A DNA stretch of 64,000 bases from Nitrospirota bacterium (GTDB lineage Bacteria; Nitrospirota; UBA9217), in contig CAVPKD010000004.1 in assembly GCA_963705595.1 (NCBI GenBank), positions 451,111 through 515,110 of the forward strand, read 5' to 3'. How positions within the stretch are numbered: the first letter of the stretch is position 1; each line of letters begins with the position of its first letter. Below the pieces are notes generated by a model, which had not been told where the DNA came from, made no database searches, and saw only the letters and a program-made list of their open reading frames with translations. The position numbers and the translations under genes are program-made. Below are positions 31,924 through 41,030 of this stretch, piece by piece.

Positions 31924-33057
31924 ATGTTCGGAAAGCGCATAACCCTGTTTAAGCTCCTTGGATTCGAGGTGCATATCGATCCAAGCTGGCTTATTATCGT
32001 GTTGCTCGTCGTCTGGTCGCTTACCAAGGGTTGGTTCCCCTCCAACTACCGGGACCTTGCCCCTGCGACCTATTTATGGATGGGTCTCTTTGGGGCAGCA
32101 GGACTGTTCTTTTCAATCGTGTTCCATGAGCTTTGCCATTCTCTCGTTGCCAGACGGTTCGGGTTGCCTATGAAGGGAATCACGCTCTTTGTTTTCGGCG
32201 GCGTCGCCGAAATGTCTGATGAACCATCAAGTGCAAAAGCAGAATTCCTCATGGCTATTGCCGGCCCTCTTTCGAGCATCCTTCTCGGGCTGATGCTCTA
32301 TGTCGTGACCGCGCTCGGCGGCGAGGTGCTGTCCACTCCCGTGACCGGCGTGATAGACTATCTGGCGGTCATCAACCTCTTCCTTGCCGTGTTCAATCTG
32401 CTGCCTGCGTTCCCTCTGGACGGAGGCCGGGTCTTGCGTGCGGCCTTGTGGCAATGGAAGAAGAATTTGCGGTGGGCGACGCGCATCGCGTCCCGCATCG
32501 GTACGGGGTTCGGCATCCTCCTGATCTTAGTCGGAATCTTCTACGTTGTCATGGGCAGAATCATCAATGGGATCTGGCTGTTCATGATCGGCATGTTCCT
32601 CCGAAACGCGGCCCAGATGTCGTACCAGCAGGTGCTCATCCGCAAGGCGCTTGAAGGAGAGTCCGTCCAGCACTTCATGAAAAAGGACCCGGTCACGGTA
32701 CCATCCTCTATTTCCGTCAAAGAGCTCGTTGAGGATTACATTTATAATTACCATTACAAGATGTATCCGGTCGTGGAAGGAGGAGAGCTTATCGGCTGCA
32801 TCACCACGCGCCAGGTAAAAGATATCCCGCGTGATCAGTGGACCAGCCGCACCGTGGGGAACGTGGCGATCCGCTGCTCTCCGGAGAATACCATCGACCC
32901 GGCCGCAGATGCCCTGAAAGCCTTGTCGGTCATGAGCAGGACTGGCAACAGCCGGCTGATGGTAGTCGACGATGGCAGGCTGGTCGGCATTATCACGCTC
33001 AAGGACATCATGGGATTTATTTCAATAAAACTGGAGCTCGACGAATATGAAAAATAG
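31924..33057 (+). CDS. M50 (site-2 protease family) membrane metalloprotease with a C-terminal CBS pair
   Basis: Intact 377-aa ORF with HELCH zinc motif, NLLPAFPLDGG, and CBS-like repeats at the C-terminus. Confidence 0.85.
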   Translation: MFGKRITLFKLLGFEVHIDPSWLIIVLLVVWSLTKGWFPSNYRDLAPATYLWMGLFGAAGLFFSIVFHELCHSLVARRFGLPMKGITLFVFGGVAEMSDEPSSAKAEFLMAIAGPLSSILLGLMLYVVTALGGEVLSTPVTGVIDYLAVINLFLAVFNLLPAFPLDGGRVLRAALWQWKKNLRWATRIASRIGTGFGILLILVGIFYVVMGRIINGIWLFMIGMFLRNAAQMSYQQVLIRKALEGESVQHFMKKDPVTVPSSISVKELVEDYIYNYHYKMYPVVEGGELIGCITTRQVKDIPRDQWTSRTVGNVAIRCSPENTIDPAADALKALSVMSRTGNSRLMVVDDGRLVGIITLKDIMGFISIKLELDEYEK

Positions 33058-33213
33058 GTCCGCCGGGCGGCGGACATTCCGGATGCGGATGCCAGGCGGC
33101 AGGTGCCTGATGCATCATACACCATGCGTGATTTATGATTGAGTTGTAGAAGCCATACTCGACGAAGGGGACATCATTCGCATGAGTATTTCACCCTGGA
33201 GGAGGATCACAAA

Positions 33214-33633
33214 ATGACAAAGACGCCTACGTGGTTCGTGCCCGCCGTGACGGCTTTACTCTTATGGGGCGCATGGGGATTGTTTCAAAAGCTAGCCACA
33301 AACCAGATGCCGCCACGCAACGTCTATCTTGTCGGTGCCGGGGGCGCGATTACCGTCGTTCTGGTGATGTTGGCAACAGGCGAGTTCCCGCTCCAGGTTA
33401 ATACGCGAGGAATCCTCTTTGCCGTTCTTGCAGGAATCTGCAGTTCTCTCGGCGGTCTCTTGTTCCTCCATGCGGTGAGCAAGGGGAAGGCCTCGGTCGT
33501 GATCCCCTTCACGGCGCTCTATCCGCTCATCACGATCATCCTCTCATTCACCATCCTCAAGGAAACGATCACGGCAAAGCAGGGCATGGGGATCGTGCTG
33601 GCGCTCATCTCGATGGTGCTACTTGCCGGTTAG
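33214..33633 (+). CDS. small single-EamA-domain (DMT superfamily) membrane transporter
   Basis: ATG 33214 follows GGAGGAGG. 139 aa, 4-5 TM helices, with the WG..G...K start typical of EamA. I trimmed the upstream part of ORF 33139-33633. Confidence 0.7.
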   Translation: MTKTPTWFVPAVTALLLWGAWGLFQKLATNQMPPRNVYLVGAGGAITVVLVMLATGEFPLQVNTRGILFAVLAGICSSLGGLLFLHAVSKGKASVVIPFTALYPLITIILSFTILKETITAKQGMGIVLALISMVLLAG

Positions 33634-33641
33634 CCAGATGT

Positions 33642-33669
33642 CGGATACCGGATACCGGATACCGGATAC
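33642..33669. repeat. tandem heptamer (CGGATAC)x4
   Basis: Seen directly, immediately after the EamA-like stop codon. Confidence 0.85.
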
Positions 33670-33925
33670 TGATGCACGATTCGTGATGATTTGATTTATT
33701 TTTGCCATAAATAATTGTGAAACCCGAGACACGGGAAAGGGAAGTGAACCCGGGACCGGATGGGATGCCGTTTGGATCACCCTCTTTCACAGCTATTTTG
33801 TTCGGTGAGGAAGCATCCGAAGGTGCCGTGCAAAGGGACAGCAGCGTATAAAAAAACCAGCCCTCTTTTACAAACACTTCATTAACTATGATATAATTTC
33901 TTTCAAAAATGAAAGGAGTGAGCTT

Positions 33926-35440
33926 ATGAATGCAACTCAGCGTTATTTTGTAAGGAGTTTTTGTGCCGTCGCTCTTGCGCTCCTTACAGCAGGGTGCGCT
34001 GCTCCCAAGATGCGCGAACAGGCACCTGAGATCCCTGTTTTCCGCTATGAGCAGTACGTCCACAATGAAGGATTCCGAGGGAAGTTTGCTTTTGAATCAC
34101 ACGATGTTATCACGCTGACTCCTGACCGCAAAAAGACAGACAGCACATTCAAATTTACCGGAGCCGTCCTTGGGACGTTGACCAGTGAACAACGGAATGC
34201 AGTGATTGCGCGGCTCGATAAGGACCTTATCTGGCAGATCAATCTCAATAAGAATCGCTATCTGGAATATCCCATCAAAAAAGCTGCGTTTCAGGCAGGG
34301 GTCGTGCTCGACGACCCGTCCGGCGAAACCGTGTATGTCGAGGAGTGCTGCACCGTCAAGACCAGCATCAAGCGCACCGGCGTAAAGAAGGTCGTGAACG
34401 GGTATGATGCAGAAGAAGTGATCCTTACCATGTCGTCGACGTGTCAGGAGGGGACAGGGCAACAGCCGAACAAAGTCACCTTTACTCTCGATGTCTGGCT
34501 CGCTCCGAAGGTCCAGCTAGAAGATCTCGAAACTTTTGATATGGCATATGCCAAGAAGGTAGGCATGGATGTTCAGATGTTCCAGGCCATGGGTGAACAG
34601 TTCATGAAGATGTACCCTGGCATCAGGGACCTGGCCCTGATGATGAACGGTCTGAAGGGATATCCTATCTTGAGCATCCTGTCGGTAGAGGATGCAAACT
34701 ACCTCAAGAATCAGCAGGAAGAGAGCAAGAAGAAGGAACGCGAGAAGGGAGCAACCACATCGGGCAGTTCCCCCAAAGAGCTGGTATCCGGGTTCTTTTC
34801 TAAAAAAGTGACCGAGCATGAAGAGAACAAGCAGAAAGAGGAAGACCTCAAGTGGGGCAATGTCATATGGCGTGTTTCGTGGGAATCTCGGAATTTCCAG
34901 AAGACGCAAATCACGGCTGATGAGTTCGAACTTCCCGATGGCCTGAAGAAGGTCGAGCAGAAGGAAAATCTCGAGGGAGAACAGGGGAAGGCGGTCGTTG
35001 AGACAAAGCCGGCGCATTTCGTCAAAACCACCTGTCTCTCAGGACTGACAAAGGCCCAGTTGGGAAGCCAGATATATCCGGGCGCAAAAGCTGCCCATTC
35101 ACGGCCATATAACGAGAGCGATCATAATACCCAGTGGTACTACAAGAACAAGAACGACTACCGTGTCCGGTTTTCTACGGCCGACTCCATGGAGAAAGTA
35201 ATGGCCTACTATGAAAAGGAATTCAAGACCAAATGCGCGGTAGCGACCCAGCAGGAGGGAGGAAATTCATTCAAGGAGGCGGTATGCACCCAGTCCGCCG
35301 GCCCCGGGCTTGTCCGCACGTTTAAAATGAGCGAAAAGCCGCTCGAGCTTCAGATGGATGTCGGCGCTATGCCCGATCGTTCCGAGAAAGAACCGAAGAA
35401 GCTCCTAGGTTTCGAGTTGAGCGTCGGCAAGACAAAATGA
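33926..35440 (+). CDS. hypothetical lipoprotein with a Lys/Glu-rich central segment
   Basis: Intact 504-aa ORF with lipobox ALLTAGC. No family recognised. Confidence 0.7.
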   Translation: MNATQRYFVRSFCAVALALLTAGCAAPKMREQAPEIPVFRYEQYVHNEGFRGKFAFESHDVITLTPDRKKTDSTFKFTGAVLGTLTSEQRNAVIARLDKDLIWQINLNKNRYLEYPIKKAAFQAGVVLDDPSGETVYVEECCTVKTSIKRTGVKKVVNGYDAEEVILTMSSTCQEGTGQQPNKVTFTLDVWLAPKVQLEDLETFDMAYAKKVGMDVQMFQAMGEQFMKMYPGIRDLALMMNGLKGYPILSILSVEDANYLKNQQEESKKKEREKGATTSGSSPKELVSGFFSKKVTEHEENKQKEEDLKWGNVIWRVSWESRNFQKTQITADEFELPDGLKKVEQKENLEGEQGKAVVETKPAHFVKTTCLSGLTKAQLGSQIYPGAKAAHSRPYNESDHNTQWYYKNKNDYRVRFSTADSMEKVMAYYEKEFKTKCAVATQQEGGNSFKEAVCTQSAGPGLVRTFKMSEKPLELQMDVGAMPDRSEKEPKKLLGFELSVGKTK

Positions 35441-35451
35441 TAATAAGTTCG

Positions 35452-35486
35452 AGAGCCCCGCAGCAGCTTCGCGGGGCTCTTCTTGG
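35452..35486 (+). terminator. intrinsic terminator after the lipoprotein gene
   Basis: AGAGCCCCGC...GCGGGGCTCT stem followed by TCTTGG (weak U tract). Confidence 0.55.
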
Positions 35487-35680
35487 ATACGTCCCCGTGG
35501 TCATAAATATAACCGTATCAATGATTTCACAGGACTGGAGATCAAGGGGGAGATCCTGCCTTCCGGGTTGGATAAACTAGGGAGATAGGTGAGAAGACCG
35601 GTGGCTGATAGCAGATGTCCGATACCTGCTGCCAGGTTAACCTGTAATTTTCCTCAGTCTACTACAGGGTACCCTTTTTC

Positions 35681-35739
35681 GTCATTCCCACACAAGCGGG
35701 GATCCGGAGACGCTGGATTCCTGCATCCGCAGGAGTGAC
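35681..35739. repeat. REP-like double-hairpin palindromic element
   Basis: GTCATTCCCACACAAGCGGGGATCC...GGATTCCTGCATCCGCAGGAGTGAC. It has inverted termini and two internal stem-loops. Single copy in this window. Confidence 0.45.
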
Positions 35740-35793
35740 CCTATAGAAAAAGAATTGCATGCCGAGATGCTCCGTAACTTGCTGCGGGGAGGT

Positions 35794-36264
35794 TCATTGA
35801 GCGTTCTTCGATGTCATGCGTTCAAGTTCCTCCAGCAGACCCGCCTGCCCGTGATTGATCTTCTGCTTCGCCTCTTCGATATCGAACCATGCAGCGCGGT
35901 CTACTTCCGGGAATTCCTGTTGTCTGCCGGAGCGAGGGGGCCATTCCATCGAAAAAGTATTGCTTTTTATCATTCCGGGGTCGCAGTCGCTTTCGATTGC
36001 CCAGGCCTGGATCACTTTGCCGCTTCTGAGCTTCACAGGTCTTAAGGGAATGAATTGCCCCGAGACAGTGAACCCTGTTTCTTCCTGGAACTCGCGCTTC
36101 GCCCCCTCGAGCGGGTTCTCACCCTGATCCACCAATCCCTTTGGAATGGACCATACCCCGGCGTCTTTTTTGGACCATAGCGGACCGCCCGGGTGGACAA
36201 GAAAGACCTGGAGGCCCCCGCCTCTCTTGCGGTACAGGAGAAGACCGGCACTGACAATTGGCAT
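35794..36264 (-). CDS. NUDIX hydrolase
   Basis: ORF 35794-36453 trimmed to ATG 36264 (MPIVSAGLLLY...). Nudix box GLVDQGENPLEGAKREFQEETG. Confidence 0.85.
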   Translation of the reverse strand: MPIVSAGLLLYRKRGGGLQVFLVHPGGPLWSKKDAGVWSIPKGLVDQGENPLEGAKREFQEETGFTVSGQFIPLRPVKLRSGKVIQAWAIESDCDPGMIKSNTFSMEWPPRSGRQQEFPEVDRAAWFDIEEAKQKINHGQAGLLEELERMTSKNAQ

Positions 36265-36444
36265 GATTTTATTGTAACAGAAGCTTGGGCGCCGGGCACA
36301 GCTCAACAGGCCGAATGTGAAGTTTAACTCAATAACCTTGTGGCGTGAAGTGAAGCAGGCAAGACACATTATGAACGACCTTGACAAAATCACGAGACGT
36401 GCTATGTTCAATAAATGCCGGGAAAACCCCTGAGTAGTATTGCT

Positions 36445-36825
36445 ATGAAACATCTTTCCGTCATTATCGCGGTATTTTTTACTGTCCTGCTCGGCGTCGG
36501 AAGCACTGAGTCTGGCGATATCGTCTCCGTGAAAACAGGGAAGGCCCTCTTCAATGACCCCGAACTTGGCTTCACAGGGTTATCATGCAATACCTGTCAT
36601 CCTGACGGCAGAGGTCTCGAAAATACTTCCACGAAAAAAAAATGGACTATCGGAGGAAGAGTGCATTCGACCCTGGAAGGGGCAATAAATTACTCGATCG
36701 TCACGGGACTGAGGGGGAATGCTCTGAATATTGAATCAGTAGAAATGCAGTCACTCGTCCTTTATATCAAGAGCCTTGGCGGCAAGAAGGCCGCTAATCC
36801 AAGGAAAGCTCCGGTCAGTCGCTAA
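36445..36825 (+). CDS. secreted monoheme c-type cytochrome
   Basis: ORF 36415-36825 trimmed to ATG 36445 (MKHLSVIIAVFFTVLLGVGS signal). CNTCH motif. Confidence 0.75.
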   Translation: MKHLSVIIAVFFTVLLGVGSTESGDIVSVKTGKALFNDPELGFTGLSCNTCHPDGRGLENTSTKKKWTIGGRVHSTLEGAINYSIVTGLRGNALNIESVEMQSLVLYIKSLGGKKAANPRKAPVSR

Positions 36826-37078
36826 GAAGACTGTCTGGTCCCTGAAACAGTGAGCCCCCAAAAAAATCACGGCAGCTTTGATTACGATGCCCAATGATCT
36901 GGCTCGTTCCAAGGGCAGAATGGACTCTCAGGAAAAGCTCTTTGTCCACTCTGCGGGAAGAGGCTTGCATGGTATCGCATAACCAAGCAGCTTTCCTTGA
37001 TGCACCCGCGCTATTCGGCTACGCTTTTCTTGAATGACTGCCAGAAAGTAACATTGCTCCTGGAGGGGCTCTAACAGA

Positions 37079-37459
37079 TTGAAAAGATTTGCGAACAAGA
37101 AAATACTGGTTGCCGATGACTCCCAGACGATGCGGATGTTCATCCTGTTCCACTTGATCAAGATGCTGCCGGGCGTGCAGATCATGGAGGCGGAGAATGG
37201 CGTCGCTGCAGTCGAGAAATTGATGCGGCAGGATGTCGACCTCATTCTCACAGACATGAACATGCCGGAGCTGGACGGTGCCGGAGTCATAAGAGCGGTC
37301 CGCCAGGGACTCAAGAAACTTACGCCGATCATCGTCATCACGACCAAGGGCGAGAAGCAGGACCGGGAGCGGGGATTGGCTCTGGGCGCGAACGGCTACA
37401 TCACGAAGCCGCTCAATATCCGTGAGTTCAGAGAAACGGTCTTGAAGTTTATCTCGTAA
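37079..37459 (+). CDS. stand-alone CheY-like response-regulator receiver
   Basis: Intact 126-aa ORF with KILVADDS..., ILTDMNMPELDG and ITTKG motifs. TTG start. Confidence 0.85.
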   Translation: MKRFANKKILVADDSQTMRMFILFHLIKMLPGVQIMEAENGVAAVEKLMRQDVDLILTDMNMPELDGAGVIRAVRQGLKKLTPIIVITTKGEKQDRERGLALGANGYITKPLNIREFRETVLKFIS

Positions 37460-37514
37460 TCCGGTTGACGTGAGGAAAGCGTCCGCATCCTTGGTGCGAG
37501 CAGTGCGTATTTGT

Positions 37515-37682
37515 TCATTCCTGTGTATTTCTCTTTTTCAAGTCCATCACGGAATAGAGATGGTAGGCACAGTCCGGCCCGACGAGCCTTCGGGCAGATT
37601 CAAAAGAAACCTTGGCTTTGCCCCGTAGGATAAGATGTCTGTACAGATAGCGGATTCTGATCTCTTCGGTCCTTAATTTCAT
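37515..37682 (-). CDS. hypothetical 55-aa basic protein (below the ORF-track cut-off)
   Basis: ATG at 37682 to TGA at 37515, translated by hand (MKLRTEEIRIRYLYRHLILRGKAKVSFESARRLVGPDCAYHLYSVMDLKKRNTQE). Weak Shine-Dalgarno and no homology recognised. Confidence 0.25.
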   Translation of the reverse strand: MKLRTEEIRIRYLYRHLILRGKAKVSFESARRLVGPDCAYHLYSVMDLKKRNTQE

Positions 37683-37716
37683 ACGGTTCCGCCTGTTTTT
37701 ACTCAGTCAGAGAAAG

Positions 37717-37752
37717 CCGCCGACTCCTGTCGGCGGTATATTTTTATATTTT
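37717..37752 (+). terminator. terminator-like hairpin
   Basis: Perfect stem CCGCCGAC-tcct-GTCGGCGG followed by TATATTTTTATATTTT. Confidence 0.55.
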
Positions 37753-37783
37753 GAGACGGTGGTATAAAACCGCCATAGAGGAT

Positions 37784-37817
37784 CGTTAGAGTACTTTGTC
37801 CTCTAACGGAGTTTTTG
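37784..37817 (+). terminator. second terminator-like hairpin
   Basis: Perfect stem CGTTAGAG-n9-CTCTAACG followed by GAGTTTTTG. Confidence 0.5.
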
Positions 37818-38080
37818 ATGATATTGTAAACGCCTAAACGCTTTGAGGCAAGAGGAAGTTATCCGGGCCTGGGCTAGCGATACCAGATGCTTTGCTGCTA
37901 TGCGTGTTGGCTCTTGACTTTCCATGCGTATTTGCCTATCTTGACAGAAGAAGGCCTTTTTCTGCATTATCTGGTATGACCTGTACAACCATACTGAGTG
38001 CCTCCGTCTCCGCACTCTTTCCAGGAGCAGTACTTCGTTTGTTCTGTAAACCAGACCGGACATATGCCACAGCTATTATC

Positions 38081-39253
38081 ATGGGGGTAGTTCTTTACCC
38101 GTTTGCTGTTGCATTAATTTCTCTTTCGGCATGCGAATATGCCTCTCTCTTCACCGTGCCGTTCGTTTCTGATGCATGGGCGCAGCCTGCAGAGCCCGCT
38201 CAGCCTGTAGCGCCTCCCGCACAGCAGGAAGAACAAAACGTCCCGCAACCGCCGCAGGATCAGGCTGGGCCGAAGCCTCCTGAAGCGCCGCCCGCTGAAC
38301 CATCACAGCCGCCCCCGGGGCAGCCTTCCTCTGAACAAAAGCAGCCTGAACAAGAAGCCCCGAAAAAACCGGCAGAGGGACTGGAAGAGACAACCATCTT
38401 TGACATTCTGCATGGTTGGACATCCAGAAGCCTTCTTGCGTCCGCCACCTGGCTTGACTCGTTTTTCGGGAACCAACGCTACTTAGCCGAATCCAACCAG
38501 TCATACATCCGGTTTCGATACAATGTCTTCCTGGAACATGAGTCCCCGATGCTGCTAAGGCCTGACCTGCAGGTAAGGGTAGTGCTTCCCCAGCTGAAGG
38601 AAAAGACGCATCTGGAATTCGCAGGGACGCCGAAGGAAACATCTAGTCTTAACGTCACCCAGGCACCATCAGCGATCAACCAGTTCGAAAATCCCGGGGA
38701 TAAAAGTTTCACCGCGGGGGTGTCTCAATTTATCCGGGATACCAATAGGGTAAGTTTCGTCATGCGTGCGGGCCTCCAGTGGCACCAAGGGGGGCCGGTT
38801 GTGATATTGGGGCCCCGGTTCAGAGTGCAGTTCCCTCTCGATCATTGGACTTTTCGGTTCATTGAGGAGGCCATTTTGAGAAACGACAACGGCTGGTCGG
38901 CGAAGCACACCTTTGACCTCGAACGACCGCTCTCGCAGACCCTGTTCTTTCGTGCCACCAATGATTGGATCCAGACGGACCACGTGGACGGCTTCATTTA
39001 TGATTACATTTTCAACATTGCCCATCCGTTGAGTCCCAAGAAGGCGCTGGATTACGAGTGGGTCAACATATTCCAGACCCAACCGGTTAACGCGCTGACG
39101 GAGATCGATCTCCGCATCCGCTATCGCCAGCAGATCTGGCGCAGATGGCTCTATTTTGAAGTGGCACCCCAGTACAGGTTCCCGCGGGACCGGAGCTTTG
39201 AGCCGACACCCGGCATCCTGTTCAGACTTGAGGCAATGTTCGGACATTTTTAA
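38081..39253 (+). CDS. hypothetical secreted protein, probable outer-membrane beta-barrel, with a Pro/Gln-rich N-terminal linker
   Basis: ORF 37892-39253 trimmed to ATG 38081 (signal-like start). PQ-rich run at 38160-38400. Alternating beta-like C-half ending ..EAMFGHF (terminal Phe typical of OMPs). Confidence 0.55.
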   Translation: MGVVLYPFAVALISLSACEYASLFTVPFVSDAWAQPAEPAQPVAPPAQQEEQNVPQPPQDQAGPKPPEAPPAEPSQPPPGQPSSEQKQPEQEAPKKPAEGLEETTIFDILHGWTSRSLLASATWLDSFFGNQRYLAESNQSYIRFRYNVFLEHESPMLLRPDLQVRVVLPQLKEKTHLEFAGTPKETSSLNVTQAPSAINQFENPGDKSFTAGVSQFIRDTNRVSFVMRAGLQWHQGGPVVILGPRFRVQFPLDHWTFRFIEEAILRNDNGWSAKHTFDLERPLSQTLFFRATNDWIQTDHVDGFIYDYIFNIAHPLSPKKALDYEWVNIFQTQPVNALTEIDLRIRYRQQIWRRWLYFEVAPQYRFPRDRSFEPTPGILFRLEAMFGHF

Positions 39254-39350
39254 TAGTGCGAGATCACAGAATACGCCCTGCGATGATCGCCTGAGGGGTC
39301 GAAGCAATGCAGGCCTGTCCTGGGGACGGGCTATTTATAACCCTGGCCAG

Positions 39351-39380
39351 AAAACCCCAGTTTTTTAAAACTGGGGATGA
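39351..39380 (-). terminator. intrinsic terminator of the minus-strand FmdB/hypothetical pair
   Basis: CCCCAGTTT/AAACTGGGG hairpin. On the minus strand it is followed by TTTT. Confidence 0.6.
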
Positions 39381-39462
39381 AGGCCGCCCGGAGCGAAGCG
39401 GAGGCTAAATCGTCTCTGCTTCTTCACGCGGATACCACGGGCTTTAGCCCGTGCGTAGTTCA

Positions 39463-39789
39463 TTATTCCGAGAAATATTCAAGATATCTGCAGCCGGTCG
39501 GATCAGGTTTTGACCGCTTGTTCTTCTCCAGACGTTTTTCATAAAGCTTGACGGCATCGTCAATATCCCTGGTCCCTTCCACCAGCAGAAACCGCGTATA
39601 TCCTTCGCCGCCTGAGGGGTTGATATTCCGGAAGCGTGCCTTGAGCGTCACGAAATAACAATAGTAAAACAGGTCCTCGCCGGCCTGGTATCCCCGGTCA
39701 ATGATGCATTCGCGTGTTTTTTTCAGGAAAAAGAGCTTTTCGGAAGGCTCCAGCTCACGCAGGAATTTTTCTTTCAGTGCTTTTAACAC
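39463..39789 (-). CDS. hypothetical protein
   Basis: Intact 108-aa ORF (GTG start), 15 nt downstream of the FmdB-like gene. No family recognised. Confidence 0.55.
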   Translation of the reverse strand: MLKALKEKFLRELEPSEKLFFLKKTRECIIDRGYQAGEDLFYYCYFVTLKARFRNINPSGGEGYTRFLLVEGTRDIDDAVKLYEKRLEKNKRSKPDPTGCRYLEYFSE

Positions 39790-39804
39790 GATGATGCGCT
39801 TCTC

Positions 39805-39972
39805 TTAGGATTTTCTGTCGGTCTTGGCGAAGAATCCGGTGAGTTTCTTCTCTACGTTGTCGCTCTCGCAGTGCGGGCATATGACCCTCGGCTTTGCTTC
39901 TAATTCCTTAAGCGAGAGGAAGAGCATGAAATCCTTCTTGCAGTCTCTGCAGGCATATTCATAGGAAGGCAT
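39805..39972 (-). CDS. FmdB-family zinc-ribbon protein
   Basis: Hand-translated 55-aa ORF, MPSYEYACRDCKKDF...VICPHCESDNVEKK. It has the Y.Y.C..C start and a second CxxC pair typical of the FmdB/CxxC_CxxC_SSSS family. Confidence 0.75.
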   Translation of the reverse strand: MPSYEYACRDCKKDFMLFLSLKELEAKPRVICPHCESDNVEKKLTGFFAKTDRKS

Positions 39973-40262
39973 AATACCACCTCCGCTGTCTAGGCACGAC
40001 AGTTTGGTAAGCTGATAACAATAATGTCATTATAGCTAATTATAGCGTGAAAAACGTACTCCAAGAAGCGTCAATTCCCGGAAAATGAAACATGATACTT
40101 AAGGCTCATATGAAATTCTGCTAAAATTAGTTTAGGGCAGCAGCAATATCCCGACCATTTGAGAAAAGCAGCGAACTCCACACCCGCAGTCACACGATTC
40201 TCCTAGAGGGATTGAGGCTTTCGTAACAAGCTGTTGGCAAGAAAGAGCGGAGCTGATTCCCC

Positions 40263-40997
40263 ATGCGTACCGCGGTCATAGCAGACATCCATGCAAATCT
40301 CGAGGCCCTGCAGTCCGTGCTGGCGCGAATCGAGGTCCTCAGAGCGTATGAGATCGTGTGCCTCGGAGACATCGTGGGATATAATGCAGACCCCAACGAG
40401 TGCGTGGACATCATGAGGACCAGGAACATCAGGTGCATCCTGGGGAACCACGACGCCTGTGCCGCCGGCCTGGAAGAGCCCGACGGTTTCAACCCCGTCG
40501 CACGGAGGGCTGTGCTCTGGACACGCGCCGAGCTCACGGACGAGAACAGGCTGTTCCTCAGAAACCTGCCACGAGAACAGCGGGTAGGGGACGTTTTTTT
40601 CTTCCACGGATCTATTCACGACACTGACCGATACATTTTGTATATGAATGACGCTGCTGATAACTTCACTCAGCTGGCCGGGATGGGGAGCTCCTTATGG
40701 ATCGGATTTTTCGGCCATACGCACGTAGGAGCAGTGCTCTATTATTACCAAAGGGCAGTGTCCGTCGAGCATGCGCCCGACCTGAAACTGGCAGAGGAGA
40801 AACGCTACCTCATCAACCCTGGCAGCGTAGGCCAGCCCAGAGATGGTGATCCGCGGGCATCGTTCCTGGTGTATGACGTCGACGATCACCGGGTGACCTT
40901 CAACCGCGTGGAGTACGATGTTCACGCGTGCCAGGACAAGATCATCCGTGCCGGGCTGCCTTCGCGGCTGGCTGAAAGGCTTGCTTCGGGGACATGA
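40263..40997 (+). CDS. metallophosphoesterase (calcineurin-like)
   Basis: Intact 244-aa ORF with ADIHAN, GDIVGY, GNHD and GHTH motifs. Confidence 0.85.
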   Translation: MRTAVIADIHANLEALQSVLARIEVLRAYEIVCLGDIVGYNADPNECVDIMRTRNIRCILGNHDACAAGLEEPDGFNPVARRAVLWTRAELTDENRLFLRNLPREQRVGDVFFFHGSIHDTDRYILYMNDAADNFTQLAGMGSSLWIGFFGHTHVGAVLYYYQRAVSVEHAPDLKLAEEKRYLINPGSVGQPRDGDPRASFLVYDVDDHRVTFNRVEYDVHACQDKIIRAGLPSRLAERLASGT

Positions 40998-41030
40998 TCG
41001 AATTTCTCCCGCCTGCACGGTGGAGACACT

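Noticed and set aside
33605-34063. 152-aa minus-strand ORF between the EamA-like and lipoprotein genes.
   Set aside because: It overlaps the ends of both better-supported + strand genes, includes the heptamer repeat, and has no recognisable motifs.
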